Assembly: GCA_000934665.2 (NCBI GenBank)
Contig: KZ538155.1
Location: forward strand, 1 to 64,000
DNA length: 64,000 nt
DNA from: Catajapyx aquilonaris
Taxonomy: Eukaryota
Direction: 5' to 3'
Part shown: piece after piece, positions 1 to 13,800 of the stretch
How positions within the stretch are numbered: position 1 is the first letter of the stretch
How the letters are laid out: the number at the start of each line of letters is the position of its first letter
Position numbers and translations under genes: made by a program
Notes under the pieces: model-generated
The model's database searches: none
What the model saw: the letters and a program-made list of their open reading frames with translations, nothing else
Told to the model about the DNA's origin: nothing

Positions 1-3000
1 GTCGCCCACACAGCTGATGGTTTTCACTTGGAAGACACTTTGATATCAGTCAGCAGCCGTTAAAGAGGCTAACTGTCATATTTGCGGCGAGAATGACAAT
101 GGGGATAGGAGGTTTACAGTGCGCCCTTAGGAAGATTCGGATTCGGAGGTTGCGGAGTAAACTGTACGAGGACAAAAGAGGACACGACGCAAGTCTTGTT
201 TTGTATAGTTGCAGAAATGTTTTGTGGGGTGTATCTGCTGCGGTTTGCCGGTGCGAAGTGTTGTTAGCACAGTCACACTTGAATAGCATAACGAGTTATT
301 ATGCCACTAGTTTCACACCGGGTATTGTCCTTTGATACACATTGTTTGTAATTGTATTGTATAAATACTTTGTGCCTGTTGTCTCATTGTGAGTGACGTT
401 TTAAAAATACACAATAATATTATGGGGCGTATAATTATGCCCTATAGGCCTGTGCATATCGCATAATAATAATAAAAAAAATATATAATGCATCATTGTT
501 GAATTAATTCGCCAGGCCTTCGCTGCTGGTATAGTCATATAATTATATTTTGGAACCTTTTTCGTGACTACTGGTCGCCAGCTAAACACGAAAGGGTGAC
601 TTTCAGGGGTGATGTAGGTTGCCTGATGCGTCATTTTGTGCATTCCCCCGGGGAGTAGTCGCCTTCCGAAGCTTTCATAACGTAATATATTGTAGCATAA
701 TGCATGTCCATTAATAATTAATCAGTGTGGCTTCAATTTTCATGACGATGTTATTGCGCTTGGTACTCTCGGCTGGTTTGGGATGTTTTAGAATTTTAGA
801 TGATAATGGGAGGAAATCAGCAGTTATGACATAATTTTAATAATGAATCGATACTTCAGACTTTAGGCTTATTTCCACTTTTAAAACTGGTTGCTGGAGT
901 GAACAAGATAGAAATTACATGATTCCATCTAGAAAGGGAGACCTGGGTAGTGCATCACTATGGGTAATGACAAAATCGGCTTAATGACCACATTTTACGT
1001 CTCTGCCTAATATTAAATGGCGTGAAATTACTTTTCGCCATTGACCAGTTGAACCTTGGTAGAATGAGAGATGTGGGCCAGTATTACGCGCCGTATAATT
1101 TACTCCCGTCTTTCTCCGGTCGTCATATATTCAGTCTCGTGCAGCACAAGGGTGTCCTTTTGAGTGCGAAACCCATAATTCAAACCTTAGTGCCCCTGGG
1201 GAGAAACAGTATCGCGAGCAACCTGTGACCCCCTCGTGTCTTTCCCACGAAATTGATAATCCGATAAATTCACGTTCCATTAACAAGATCAATCCTCTCA
1301 CATTATTCGCAGACTCATTACTTGCCTCTCTCGTTGTATGTGTAATTCACAGAGCTTTGATAATGCGTGGGCTGATGGTTCATAAATCATTGAAAACACG
1401 AGTTCCTAGTTGCTCCGAAACGGAAAGAGCCCTCCGATAGATCCAGGGAATAGATCAGTAGAGCATTAGTACACCGAGAGATGGGGCGGAAGGATGTCAA
1501 ACATTGCGCTATCCACTCGGGAAACTCAGAAATGGAGGACATTCATCTCTTCTCCCGGCGATTTACAAATCGACGCTTTTTCCACCGGCTGGTTTGTTGG
1601 AAACGTTTTTTGGGCGCAGGGGATTTTCTTCTGTCTGGCCGGAAACAGGGGCTGTAAATTAGACTACCTTACTTCGAACCTAAGAGCGTATACATTGCAT
1701 GTGATTATAGTCCAGAAGATATGGAAATTTTTGCGAATTCTTTCATGCGAAAACACATGGGCTTCCAAGCCATTGTTCGTAAACGTATGCTAAATTAGAT
1801 ATTTTATTCTTAAGCTTTCTCTTGTGTTTATGAATGAATTTTTGCATTTCATTTTTGGAGGGATCACTCTTCACACAGTATGTTATTGCTTAGCAGTTTA
1901 CAATTTATAAGGGTATGTTGCTCCTACTGCAATGAACATCATTTTGTTTTCTTCCAATAGTAACTCAAAAGGAGTTAGGTAAGTATCGCTAACTTTTCTG
2001 AGTAGAATTTGACTAACTGTAAGATTGTTTTGTAGAGCAAAAAAAAAAACAAGTGTGAGTAAATGATGCCAACTTCTTAGACATTGATGAACAGCTCCAG
2101 TAGCATGAGCATTTTCCATTCTGTTTGTCGCGCAATATTTTCTTCCCAGCTGCATTAATTGCTGTAACAAGTTCCTGCATCGCCATTCACAAAGCGCAGT
2201 TAAAATGTGCCCTTTGGGACAGCAAGCCAGAACTCCTGACACATTTAGTGGAGAGCATTCATAATTCTGTTTAATCAACCCAACTTGATAATGTTCAATC
2301 GTACCGAACGATGATTTGTTTTACAGTGCTTGTTCTGTCCAAAGCGCCACGGTCCATTTTTCGACCCTGATAAAAAGGAATATTCTCTCTGACAGGTGCG
2401 CTTTTCATCTTGTCCTAACGAACGGATGGACGGGGGAGAACCAACTTGCGAGATGAAAAGTGTGATGAATGTGACTGGGTTGGCAGACTCATTTTTACGA
2501 ACAGGATTGTGATTTATAAACAAAATCAGTCGTCCAAGTACAGTATGGTCAGCATCTCTCGGAAAATGTCTTGATGGACTCTTTAAAACCTGCACCTTCC
2601 TCAAATAATATAGTGAAATACGAGGAAATATATTTTTATTTATTGGAGTAGGTCACCATTATGCGGAAAGATACTGACCACGCCGTTCGGAACGGCAAAT
2701 GTATATTGTCGTTTATATGACGGCGGATGGATTCATGAATCATGCATTGACGCCACGGTGCGACTCCTATTTTCATAATTGCTTCGAATTATACTTGGAA
2801 AACCAGGTCGAAAGCCAGATTTTATGCCCAGGTACCTTTTCAGTCGTATTCATGCGGGATACTTGCCCTGGAAATTCACTGCGGCGTTGAATTGTAATCA
2901 TTATTTTAAATGTATCCCTGTGGAAAGCACTGTCAACTGCACATATTCCCAGAATTTTCGCGTAGTGTGTGAACTGCAGTGAAAAAAAAAGGGCAGCGGT

Positions 3001-3805
3001 GATTGGCCTACGGAAGGGGCGTATAAGGGGTAGGAGGGGGATTAAATGTACAACAAAGCAATTAGCCGAGCAGAAAATTTGGGCAAGTTCAATTCATCCG
3101 AGTAACTTCTGTTTCCTCCCGATGGGATATGACAGGGAGAGCTCAACCCAAAAAACACACAGCCCGTAAAATTATACAGCCCGGTTGTATTTCCCCCTAA
3201 AAAACTTTTTTTTTGGGTGTGTGTTATTGTTCCACATGATTATCTCTCTCCCTACTTAAAAAAACACACACACACAAATACAACGCTCGCATTTCATGCC
3301 CATATTTATAAAAGCATGCAAGTTACGCCCTCGAATTAGCAAATTAGCTAGACACGAAGATTTTCAGGGGATGCTTTTTTGATCACGGCCCGGTGGACAA
3401 AACGTTACAGCATTTTCCCAACCCTAAAATGAGGACGCTACGACCGTTGATGAGACTTGGGGCGGCCATGTTAGGATGTCAGCCATATTAGGACACTCAT
3501 TCCGCCTGGGACCGCCCCAAGTCTGCGGAATGGATTGGGCTGTCATCTGGCCGGACTGCCAATTTGATAGGACCCGGGGTTTTTGGAAGGTTGCGGGAAC
3601 ACATATATACAGTAGACACTGACGGCAAATGATGGCGGTGGTTGGCTTTCCCCAATCTAACCCTCCCACGGGATTTGGGGGGGGGAACTCATTCTCTATT
3701 CCCGGCTTCTTCTGCCACCACTTTTTTTTTTTGAGGTTTTGTGCGGTGCCCCTCCTGGGCATGGTGTGTTGCGGAATTGAAAATGCGATTTTTTTGCAAT
3801 GTAGG

Positions 3806-3821
3806 GAGAGAGAGAGAGAGA
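3806..3821. repeat. (GA)8 microsatellite
   Basis: Read directly from the sequence. Confidence 0.85.
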
Positions 3822-4840
3822 GGTCTCGACGGGCCTTTGCAAATTGGAATCGCAACTTTGGGGCCCTCCTGATTTACACGTCTGGCGTGATGGGGGACTT
3901 AATTACGGGGGCGACAAGCTGGCTGTCTCTAATTATCCGAATGGGATTTGTTGGGCGGTTTTTTTTGCGAAAAATTTTGCGCTCTTACATTATAATATCC
4001 GTTTGCTGTCTGTAGACGTCACGGTGCATGCAGCTCAGGTCGCGCCCAGTGAGCTGGCCCAATCGAAGTAAGGGTTGTGCCTAGGGGATTCGGGCCTGGA
4101 AGACGATTAGTACGTATATAGCTCAATTTCGGGGATATATAAGCATGGCATCGGGGTCATATCGGCCGATATTGGCTTTCACAGAACTTCGTCCCGATAC
4201 TGCTTCTACATCGTACGGCAGGTTAATTATTCCGAATCCTCTGAAATTGCATGGGTTGGACTTGACGTATCCAGATGTGGGCACTGATGGATTTGTATGA
4301 GAAGGTTCAGGTCTCTACTCTCTATATAGTCTATACTGCTTAATTTTTTTTTTTTAAAGTACAGGATTGTGTGTTGTACGTACTATGGACTTTGGCAGTC
4401 CACTACCCTTGATAGCAAGCCGATACAATGGCTTTTTGCGAATGGGCTGTGCAATTACATGGGGGTTTGGTACTGACCTGTAAAGCGAGATGAAGCCGAC
4501 TGCATGGTTTGTGGGGTCTGACAGATGGTGATAGTCGGAATCATTCTTCGATGCAACGTGTAATTACCTCCCGAGTTATAGCCCACTCACGGTTAATTAC
4601 GCATGATGCACAGCGTCTGTCGCCTGCTCTAACCTTCGAAGGATTTGTTTGAGAATACAACCAGAATTCTGGGGCTTCAATATTATAATTTTTTGCCGTT
4701 TATTAAGCATACATTTTATCAAATTTGCTGCCTTCCTTTTTGATGATGGACCCTTAAGAGACCGCGAGAACTCACGCAGTTGTAAAAGATGGGGGGTTGT
4801 AAAAGGCGAAAATGGGACATGAAAATACCTTCAGTTTTTT

Positions 4841-4864
4841 CTTCTTCTTCTTCTTCTTCTTCTT
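4841..4864. repeat. (CTT)8 microsatellite
   Basis: Read directly from the sequence. Confidence 0.9.
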
Positions 4865-7800
4865 AACCTTTCTTTTTTTAAAAAAATCCAGAACCGTAGC
4901 ACGGACGATTTAATAAATTATTCCCCCCACCCCGTTTTATGTGGACTTTGCATGCCGAGAATGAACTTGTGAATGGCATTTCGTCAGTCGAGTCTCCACG
5001 CATGGAATAATTTTGTCGCATTGCAGTGATTAAGACGGTAATTACACGGAGGAAACGTACGGGAAGACATTAAACGGGAGTTCTATCCGCAATTTAATGG
5101 CATGTAATGTACATGTATATTAGTGGGCCTGGGTGCTACCACGGCAGCATGCATAGATTACTCTTTGTCTGCGGTGTCGGTCGGGGAATTTTTTTTGTGC
5201 TGACGCTGCGAAATGTATTTTGAAAGGGAAGAGGAAAAAAAGCGATTGATCAGCGCCGGAAAGTAGTCCTATTTGCACGTAATTGCTAGCTCTCCCCAAC
5301 TTCCAGCAGATGCCTGCGTCATTATTTCTCGTTTGATGTGTCCCTTCCATGTGCGCCTCATTTTTCTCTCAATTTTTGAGGGGGAAGATTGAATGCAAAC
5401 AAACGAGGAGCATCTTGTTCGCTTAAGAGATTGGTATCGTTATCTGGTACAGGAGGATTAAAAATTTACGGTCTGATGCTTCGGCAGTAGGGCTTCAGAA
5501 TTCGCATAATTTTTTAGCTGAAAGATGCGTTTTATAAAAATAGAAGGTGACATTATGTAGTGATGGTATAAATTGGCAGGTTTCTCCTGACATCATCAGT
5601 ACAGTACAATAGCTGTAGCTCCATCTGTTTCCATGCGTTGTGGCCCTGAACTTTTTTTTCCGTATTTTTTTGCGAGCGGAATTTGATCGATCGGTTGAGG
5701 ATTTTGGGGGAGAAAGTGATCCGGTTCCCCCGGAAAAGCGCGGTGTACCGAAACGACAGAAGGTGCTTTTGTGGTTTAGCAGCCCGCGTAAGTAGAGATG
5801 TCTTGAGGTGAATTTGAAGAGCTGAGATCCGGATTGTGCCAGCCTCGTACGCTCTTGCAAGCAGACCTTAATCCATCCATTCGTTCATTAGGAACCTGGA
5901 GTCAAGACCGCCGAAGCAGGTTCCCTGGGCACCTTTAAAATTCGGGGGGTGCATCGTCCCCCTTGTAATGCTGCGGGTTAACAGCGTCAGTAACAAGTTT
6001 CACCGGAGACCCGGAAGTTTATCTCCTCCTGACGTAATGAGCCACGCCCCAAAGCGGTTTCAAGTGCGTAAAACGCTATTGCACGACTAGTGGGCCTTGT
6101 TTTAGAGCAAACTATTGATTTTGGCCCCCGGATAGACCTAATGATGTACAAAGGAAACTGCTCGTGAAAAAAGGAGAGTTGGGGGCGAGCAAGAGAAGGG
6201 AAAAATGAACTGCCCTGTGGCAGGCCTCTGCGAAATGATGATATGTTGGAGATGGGGTCAAGGGGAAGAAAGCGCTTCTTCGTCCGAATGGATAAAGGGT
6301 GCCAGTTCGCTCTTTCGTTAAAAAAAAATCTTCTCTATCCGAGCATGTCCAGATTGAGTTATGTGAGGGGGCTCAGAGCAGGGCGTGTGTGAAACCCAAC
6401 TTTAAATTGCTGAAACGAGAACGTTCGTTTGGGGGGAGTTAGGAAAGTGCAATTGTGGCCGTATCTGTAATAGCCTGTAGCGCGGGTTATTGTCTCCCAT
6501 GCTTTTGGTGGGTGCATCGGAGTGACATGCGTTTCGATAACGGGACTGCGGTTGGTGTAAGCGAAATCGACAAGGTGGCAAGGGTTGGTGCCTCAACGGA
6601 ACTTCCAACTGACATCATCGCTGATTCTTTGATCAGACGAAATGTATTGACGCCATGTGCACCTGGTACTTTCAATGGGAGTAAGAGCCTGTAAAAGCAC
6701 TGTGTACAACTTTGATCATACCCCCTGCAATGTATGCGCTGAATGTCCTTTACTGCTCTTTAAATCAGCCACCATTTATTTTTCCTGACCAGCTCACAGG
6801 GTATTGATGGCAACGTAAACATCCTGGACTCAGAATAAGCATGCCTTCCATCACCCACGCAACGTTAAAAGCCCGCTGGGAGTAGTTGACTGTCGCCATA
6901 TCCCAGGGCCGGCAATTAGTTGCGTGCTAGGTATGGTGTGGGTATACAGGGCAGGTATAAGTCGGCATTGGCTGCAAAAAGGAGCTATAGTAAGAGTGAG
7001 TCGGATTGATGGCGTGACTCTCGCCAGTACATTACACTGCATCGATCCCTGCGACGCGGGGGCCTCTCCCCTGGAATGAATCGGTTGGCATGGCCCTGTA
7101 TGGAATCAGCCCTGGGGGCTATCCAGGATTAGTCTTTTTGCCAAACCTGGGCCACCGCTCTCTCCAAGAATAAGGAAAAGGGCATTTGTACACGTCGCGA
7201 TTCAATAGAGGAAAAACCACCCGCTGTGTGTTCATACCCCAGGCGTGACCCAACCCCCCTTGTGAATAAAAGCATGAGAACTTGAGGAATTGGACCCTTT
7301 CAGGACAACAGGTGATAGAATTCCGATTGGGCTCAGGGACTCAAATTTATAGGAACACTGTAATTCATATCCCGAGCTATACGAGAGTATTCATGCTCAC
7401 TTTTTCTGGCCGCAGACGTGAAGTTATGTCTTTGGATGAAATTTCGTCGGAAGAAAATGGTTTGGCCGAAATGGGAAGCAATACGCAGTTTCCAAGTGGG
7501 GACACAAATCGACATGAATTACAATGTATGCATATCCATATTTAAAGAAAAACAGTCTAGATGCAAGAGTCTGCAGGAAGTCATTTGCATGTTGCCCGCA
7601 ACTCTTATTGAATCACTTCAGAAATTATGCAAAAGACAATCTCCGAGCCCGAACTCAGTCGATGAAACTAGCTCGGCTCATTAAAAATCTTATAGGGAGA
7701 AATGACGGGCCCAAGACCTTCTTCCTCCGCCTGTTCTGATCTTTCAGCTTTAATCACCTGCATGAATATATGAAGGAAGACAGCCGCGGTTGTGGCCAGC

Positions 7801-10800
7801 GGCTTGGAAAACTTCTGGCGCTCATTAAACTTTTGTGTCAATCTGGGATAATCCCGTTAAGTCACACGGTATTTTATTAGCCTCGATTGGGGCTTAATTA
7901 CGAATTCGGTTAATTTGCCAGTCGAGCGCGTGCCGCTCTGAAAATTGCGCCGCATGTTGTAAAAGGATGGAGGTCCCCCCCACGAAGTTTTGGAAGAACC
8001 GGTCCTAATGAAGGTTCGACAGCGTGACAGGTGAATACCATGACCAAAATTGAGTTATACCGATAATGTACTTGCCTGAATCGAGTTTTGGGCGCGATGG
8101 GGATAATTAGAGAACTTCCTGATAAGGTTTGTATCTTGGTCAGACTTGCCTTTGTTTCCTGTCTTGGGCCATAATGGAACCCTTGTATTGCCTCAGATGG
8201 GTACTCCACATTTGGTGCCTGGTATCGCATTTCTCGAGAGATGCCATCACTAATGTGCATGTGTTGCCATCTGTTTTTCTTCCATCCACGCCGAATTATT
8301 TAAACAAAGCAACAACAGGTTTTTGGACTTTGCAAACGTGTCTTAGAGGGCTCCTATACAGTATATAAACGTTCACTTCCTAAAATCTCGGATCCGGCTC
8401 GGAGATAATGCGCACGGAAATATTTTACAGTTCATCTATAGACCTGAGGACTACTCCTGCAGATATTGCCCTGTGAACTGGAACAGCCTAGTAATTAGCA
8501 GAAAATTGGCGCTTTGATGTCGGAGGGGCAACCCATTGGCTGCATTACTTTCCGCGTGTTGCACAGGGGAGTGTTATGAAACTACCCCCGTCGTTTTCTC
8601 TTAACCCTGTTTTACCGTCCAAGTGACAAACTTACCTCCAGCACGGAACTAATTACCTTCCCCCTGTGCTCTTACGTTTTCCATCTCTTTTTGCGGGTTT
8701 TCCCCAAACAGGAGTGGAAAGTCGGAAAAGTGCCCCGGGGATACCCTGATTGCGGGAACGTCTCCAGAAAAGTGCCGCATGAGGCACATTTCCGATTGAT
8801 TTCCAGCTAATCAAATTAACCAACTGCCGCTCTCGTTTGATGCAATTTCCCTCCCTGGTGCCGCACGGCTGGAGAGTATCTATTTGGGTTTGGGTGGGGT
8901 AAAAAAAAAAGACCTAGCGGAGTTTAAAGAGAGAAAAAAAAGGTCGACAATTACGGAATTACGCGGCGCAGTTTGTTATCCCGGTTCCCTCAGATAAGCG
9001 GTAACTTAGCGGGTGTGCCTTTTCATTACCCGGTCTTTGGTTTGGCGGGCTGCTGAATGTCTTTGCCGCCTGGATGGCCTTTTATTTCCTAGGGGGAGAG
9101 GCAGCACCTACATTGTGGCGGCTGGAGGCCTGAAATTCCATTCGTAACTGGCACATGGTAGTCGTTTCATCCCGGAGCATTTACAATAGCTCTTTTCTCA
9201 TCTGCTCTCGTTCTGTTCTCTTGCCACGCTGGGTTGTGAGTGCCTCAGACAGTCCACATCCTTCATCTGTAATGGGTTTTTCGGTTCCGCGGAAGACGAA
9301 AAAAAAGTGGGAAAGGAAAAGAGGAGAACCCATATAGTGGAGGCTATACTCGCAAGAGTTATGATAATTTTTTTGAATGGGTTCATAACAATGAACTACC
9401 GAGGGGATTTTTGCTTCGAACGAATCGGTCACAACGTGGTGTCAAAATTTACGTTCTGCAATATCTGTCTTGCTTTCTTCGGAGAAAACACTGTGGTCTG
9501 TAATGATAGATTTCGTCACCTAAGAGGCTAATGGAAGGTTTATCATTTGTCACTGTCGGACGTCGATACAAATCAATGGATGCTTTTACAGCTCTAAGTG
9601 TAGGTTGTATTTGGATAAGTCCTTATGTCCACTATAGAGCCAAATTGAGTTATTACTGCCGCTGGGTTCTTCCCTTTCTTGGGGCCATCTGCTATTGACA
9701 GATTTCATCTCCAATAATATCCTCCACAAGAGGGGAGCAGAAGAGATGGGAAATGTTTTATTGGCTTTATTGTCATTCATTTCTGAAAGGACTTCTTCAG
9801 GAATCGAAGCCATTCTGAGCAGCCAACATCGCTCTAATGGTCAATATTAGTGTAAATCTCGATTGCTTCATTGTTTTCTGTTGTACAAATACAGTATAAA
9901 AGGAGGTACTCTCTATGAGTCCATGGCAATGAACCCAACCATAGGTATTATAAATAATATAAACCATAACTTTAATTCATGCAGACATTTGTTATGGCAT
10001 GATGGTGCACCAGTGGCTACTGCAATGCACGGTGAAAGTTGGATGTCAAAGAGTGCAAGAAATTGCTTACTGAATTTGAAAATTGGGATGGACGCATCCG
10101 CGAGTGCTTCTGTTGTGTGGTCCATAGAAAGCACCTGGGCTGAGGCAATCGCAGGGATGTTTATTCTGAGTGGTTATTGGATTTAGTAGTGGGAGAGCAA
10201 GTCCGGAAGGGCTACACCGGTTGTTGAAATTCAGCGAGGCGAAGGAAAAGGGCCGTCAAATTGAAGACCCCCGTCGGAAGCGATCGAAAATCGAATTTTC
10301 CTAAGTAGGCATCGGAGTTTAGAGTCGCCGAGTGGAATGGCCTCGGAAAGGTCCTTTTCTCTTTCTCTAAGGGTGGACCAGGATCGACAGGCACACAACA
10401 GGGATCATATCACATCATGGCCAGGATTGGGATATCCGCGATTTGGAATTGGGAGCGTACTGTGCTAGCTTGGAATCACATCACTCTTGCTGTGATACTG
10501 TAATGGTCCATTTATGTGATAGGGCCAAAGCCCTGAGTGTGTGCTATATTCTCGGGAATGTGGCGGTTTTGATATGCCCTACCTGAGGGGGAAATGTGTA
10601 TGTTGACTGCAGTGGAAAAGGGGAAGAGCTTCTAATAGGGGTCGGATGGGATGAAAGATGTTTGCAGCTTTGCAATGCCAGACTTGCTCTTTGCACACTA
10701 ATGGCTGTGGCATTTATTACTGGGTGGATATACTTTTAGGTGGATCACTTTTTCCCTCGTTTGTGCTCTCCCTACCTTTGGCCTTTCCAGGAATGGGTGG

Positions 10801-13800
10801 TGTTAATGGAAGTTTACTATTAGCAAACCTTTTCCAAACGAGTTTACAGAGTGGCCCCGTTTGATTAATTAAAAAGTAACCCCCTCGTCCCCACACCACC
10901 GAGCTCCCACCTATATACCACACTCCGTGCTATCTACTAACCGTAAAACACAGTCAGGACATCATTAATGTTTTACGTGCATAAATATGCGCAGAATTGT
11001 TTTGTATCCAAACACAAAGCGTTCGGCTCGTATAACGGAGGTTGGCCGATTGTTATTGCTGGGACAGATGGCTGCATAAAAATCATACTGTGCAAAATAC
11101 ACGAGTGAACAGTTGAGAATAACAGGATCACACATGTTTCGCTATGGTTTTATTGTGCTCTCATTCCTATGCTCGTTATGCGTAAATCTCGTGGATATTA
11201 AAATGGCAGGCGTCACATTTTTATAGCCTCGCGATTCTGAATATGAATGTACAGTATGTGCGAGGTGTCTCTGGGAAAAAGAAATAATAACAAAATTGCT
11301 ATGAAAGAGTGGAAATAGGTTAGCTGTCAGGAGTATAGGTCTGGACAAAACTTCCGCAATCTTCCCAGGCGAGGCTGATTTCTTTTTATAATGTTCTTGT
11401 CAGATGAATTCTCCTTTTTTTCGCCCAGTGTGCCCTTTTTCTCTTTCTCGCCTGAAGGATGGAAAAGGAATCGTATTGAACTTGTTGAAAGTTAGGGAGA
11501 GAAAAGTCAGGGGTTGTGCCAAGGCTGCTACAGGACTGGGACACAACAGATTTTAAAAGCTCGCCAAGGACTCGTCCTTTCCTTGCCTATATCGATTCGA
11601 GAGTAGATTGCAATGTTCTCCTGAGAACTAACCGTTTGATGGATTTCGGTCGCCACTCTCTGGTGCGAATAATATACAAAAAAAAAAGGAGAGTAAACTT
11701 TGCATGGTGAACTTTGGAAGCGCTGCTTGAAACAGCCTTGCTGCAACCTAGCGATAACCTCAGCCCATCAGTGAGGACAAATGGTTCTGAACCCGATTGA
11801 AGTGTACCCCAGTGTAAAGAGTCTGTATCCTGGCCATAAATTGCAGCGAGGGGACATTCTCTCTCTCGTTATAGTTACCTGGAAACCATTTTAATATGAT
11901 GTGAGCTGCCAAAATGTCTCTTTTCACAGAACTAAGCGGCAATTCGGTGGAGCCCGAATAGAGCCAGATAGGGCTATCAGGAAAAATAAGTTTCCTCTCT
12001 TCCCCCCCTATTTTTTCCTGGCCAGTGAGAAAAAGAGAGGTGGATGTATGTGAAGGAAAAGGACTGAAGATTTCTAGTTACGAGCCTGAAAAAGAGATAC
12101 CTGTTGCAATCGAGGGAATGGCCGAGGAGAAGACCTGAGAAACGATTGGCACTGAAGAGACCGATCGAGTATAGTTTTGCGATTCAAGAACACACCTCAG
12201 TTCCATCATATCTGTAACAAACAGAACCTGGGGAGAGGGGAAAGAAATAGTCCCTCTACTGGCTGGTCGGGTGGAAAATATTTAATAAAGGAAAATGCTG
12301 CCGGATGAAATTGAAGATGTGGTGTTCTGTGTAGGAGGGGTTGAATTCCTCACAATAGCTTATCCCTCCGTCCTCATAATGGCGCAGGGTAGGGGGGGAT
12401 TAGCGAGAGACTTCGGAATGACAAGGCGGTAGGTTTAGAGGGTGGGAAAGCGAGGGTGGGTGGCACTGCATGCACGTTTCCAAAGTAATTTGGTTTTATT
12501 AATGGTCTTCCGGATTAAGGACCCGGGAGTGAGAACCGGGATATGAAACTCGGAACAATCAGCCAGTTTTGTATTATTTTTACCGAAATAAAACATTGCT
12601 GCTGATTAATGATGGCTGCTTCCCCTGTTAAAAAAGTGCGTTGAAATTGATGAATAGTGCACGTGACACAAGTAGGCTAATAGGGTTCACTGAAACGTGA
12701 GAGCAAAAAAAGATAAAAACCATTTTCATGTAGGGAAATAATGTAGAAGAGCTGATATCCGTGTCACGTAGTTGGATATGAGCTGCCCCATTTTTGTGTG
12801 ACAGTGATCGGGGGGACGTGCTCGGTATGAATATGTGTATCGCATGTTTGAATGGAACATCGATTGATTCCTTTAATCTGATATCCGGTAGTATTGCCAG
12901 TTAATTAGTTTCCAATCAGGGTGTGTGGAAATTTTGGAATAATAGTCGGGCAAGGAGGAACCTGGGGAATATCGACCCGCGGTCTTATGATGAATAGCCC
13001 CGTCTTCATTTCTCGTTTCTTTCGTGGCATCTCCCGGTGGCAACTGCAAAGTAAACCAAGGTAGAAAATTGATATTGATAATGCAGCGGCCGGTCGGGGT
13101 AATATACACTAGACTAAGCCTTGTCAGCCTCATCAAGGATTCATTCACACCCTAGGCTCCAAGAGGAATACACGCTTCCATCTCCATTCTCCTTCGGAGT
13201 TTTTTTTTCCCGACCATCTTTTGGCAGCAATTTCTCATTTGCCAAGACGGTCGAGCTGTAATTGGAGCACCGCCTGCTTTTAATCTGGTTTCAGGGTTTA
13301 GATTTTATGAGCTGCATTTATTAGAGTCACGTTGCTTAATAGCAGTCGCCGAGTAGTCATCTGGAGATGGGGAGGGAGGGGAAGAGGGAGAATTTCAACA
13401 TGATACATGCCTACAGTTGCTTCCAGAAAGAAAGAAAAAAAAATATGAGGAATTTTGAAGGAGGTTTAGTGCATTCCATTCTGCTCTATACAGTGGAGCC
13501 TGTGAAGAACAGAATGGTATAACTTTAATCCGACATTGTCGTTATTTCTGGTTCGTTGTAATTTACTGCAAATTTTACTGTTGTTCTCGGTGCAGGATGA
13601 AGCATGGGGTGGGCTATGGGGAACACCCAGGATTCCCCAGGACGACTCTGCAAATGTACACCGGATTCCCGGAGAGCTTTTTCCCTAAGGGGAAGGGCCA
13701 CATTACGTATTAGATCCAGATTGTCCCTCTAGGGGTCGCTGTTCGGGGCAGGTTAGCTATGTGTCTCGTTTGCAAATTTCTGCACAACTATAAGCTCAGG

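Noticed and set aside
5570..5610. Minus-strand CTGATGA-N8-GAAA hammerhead-like core
   Set aside because: Stem II does not pair, and I found no stem I/III or cleavage triplet in the right place.
9586..10864. CpG-poor block with several short ORFs, possibly a retroelement relic (similar stretches at 35700-36150 and 36860-37480)
   Set aside because: I could not identify any RT, endonuclease, gag or transposase motif; needs a RepeatMasker/tBLASTn search.
13491..13580. TA-CAGTGGAGCC...TTTTACTG, a possible pogo/Tigger-type MITE
   Set aside because: Terminal inverted match is too short and the right-hand TA duplication is missing.
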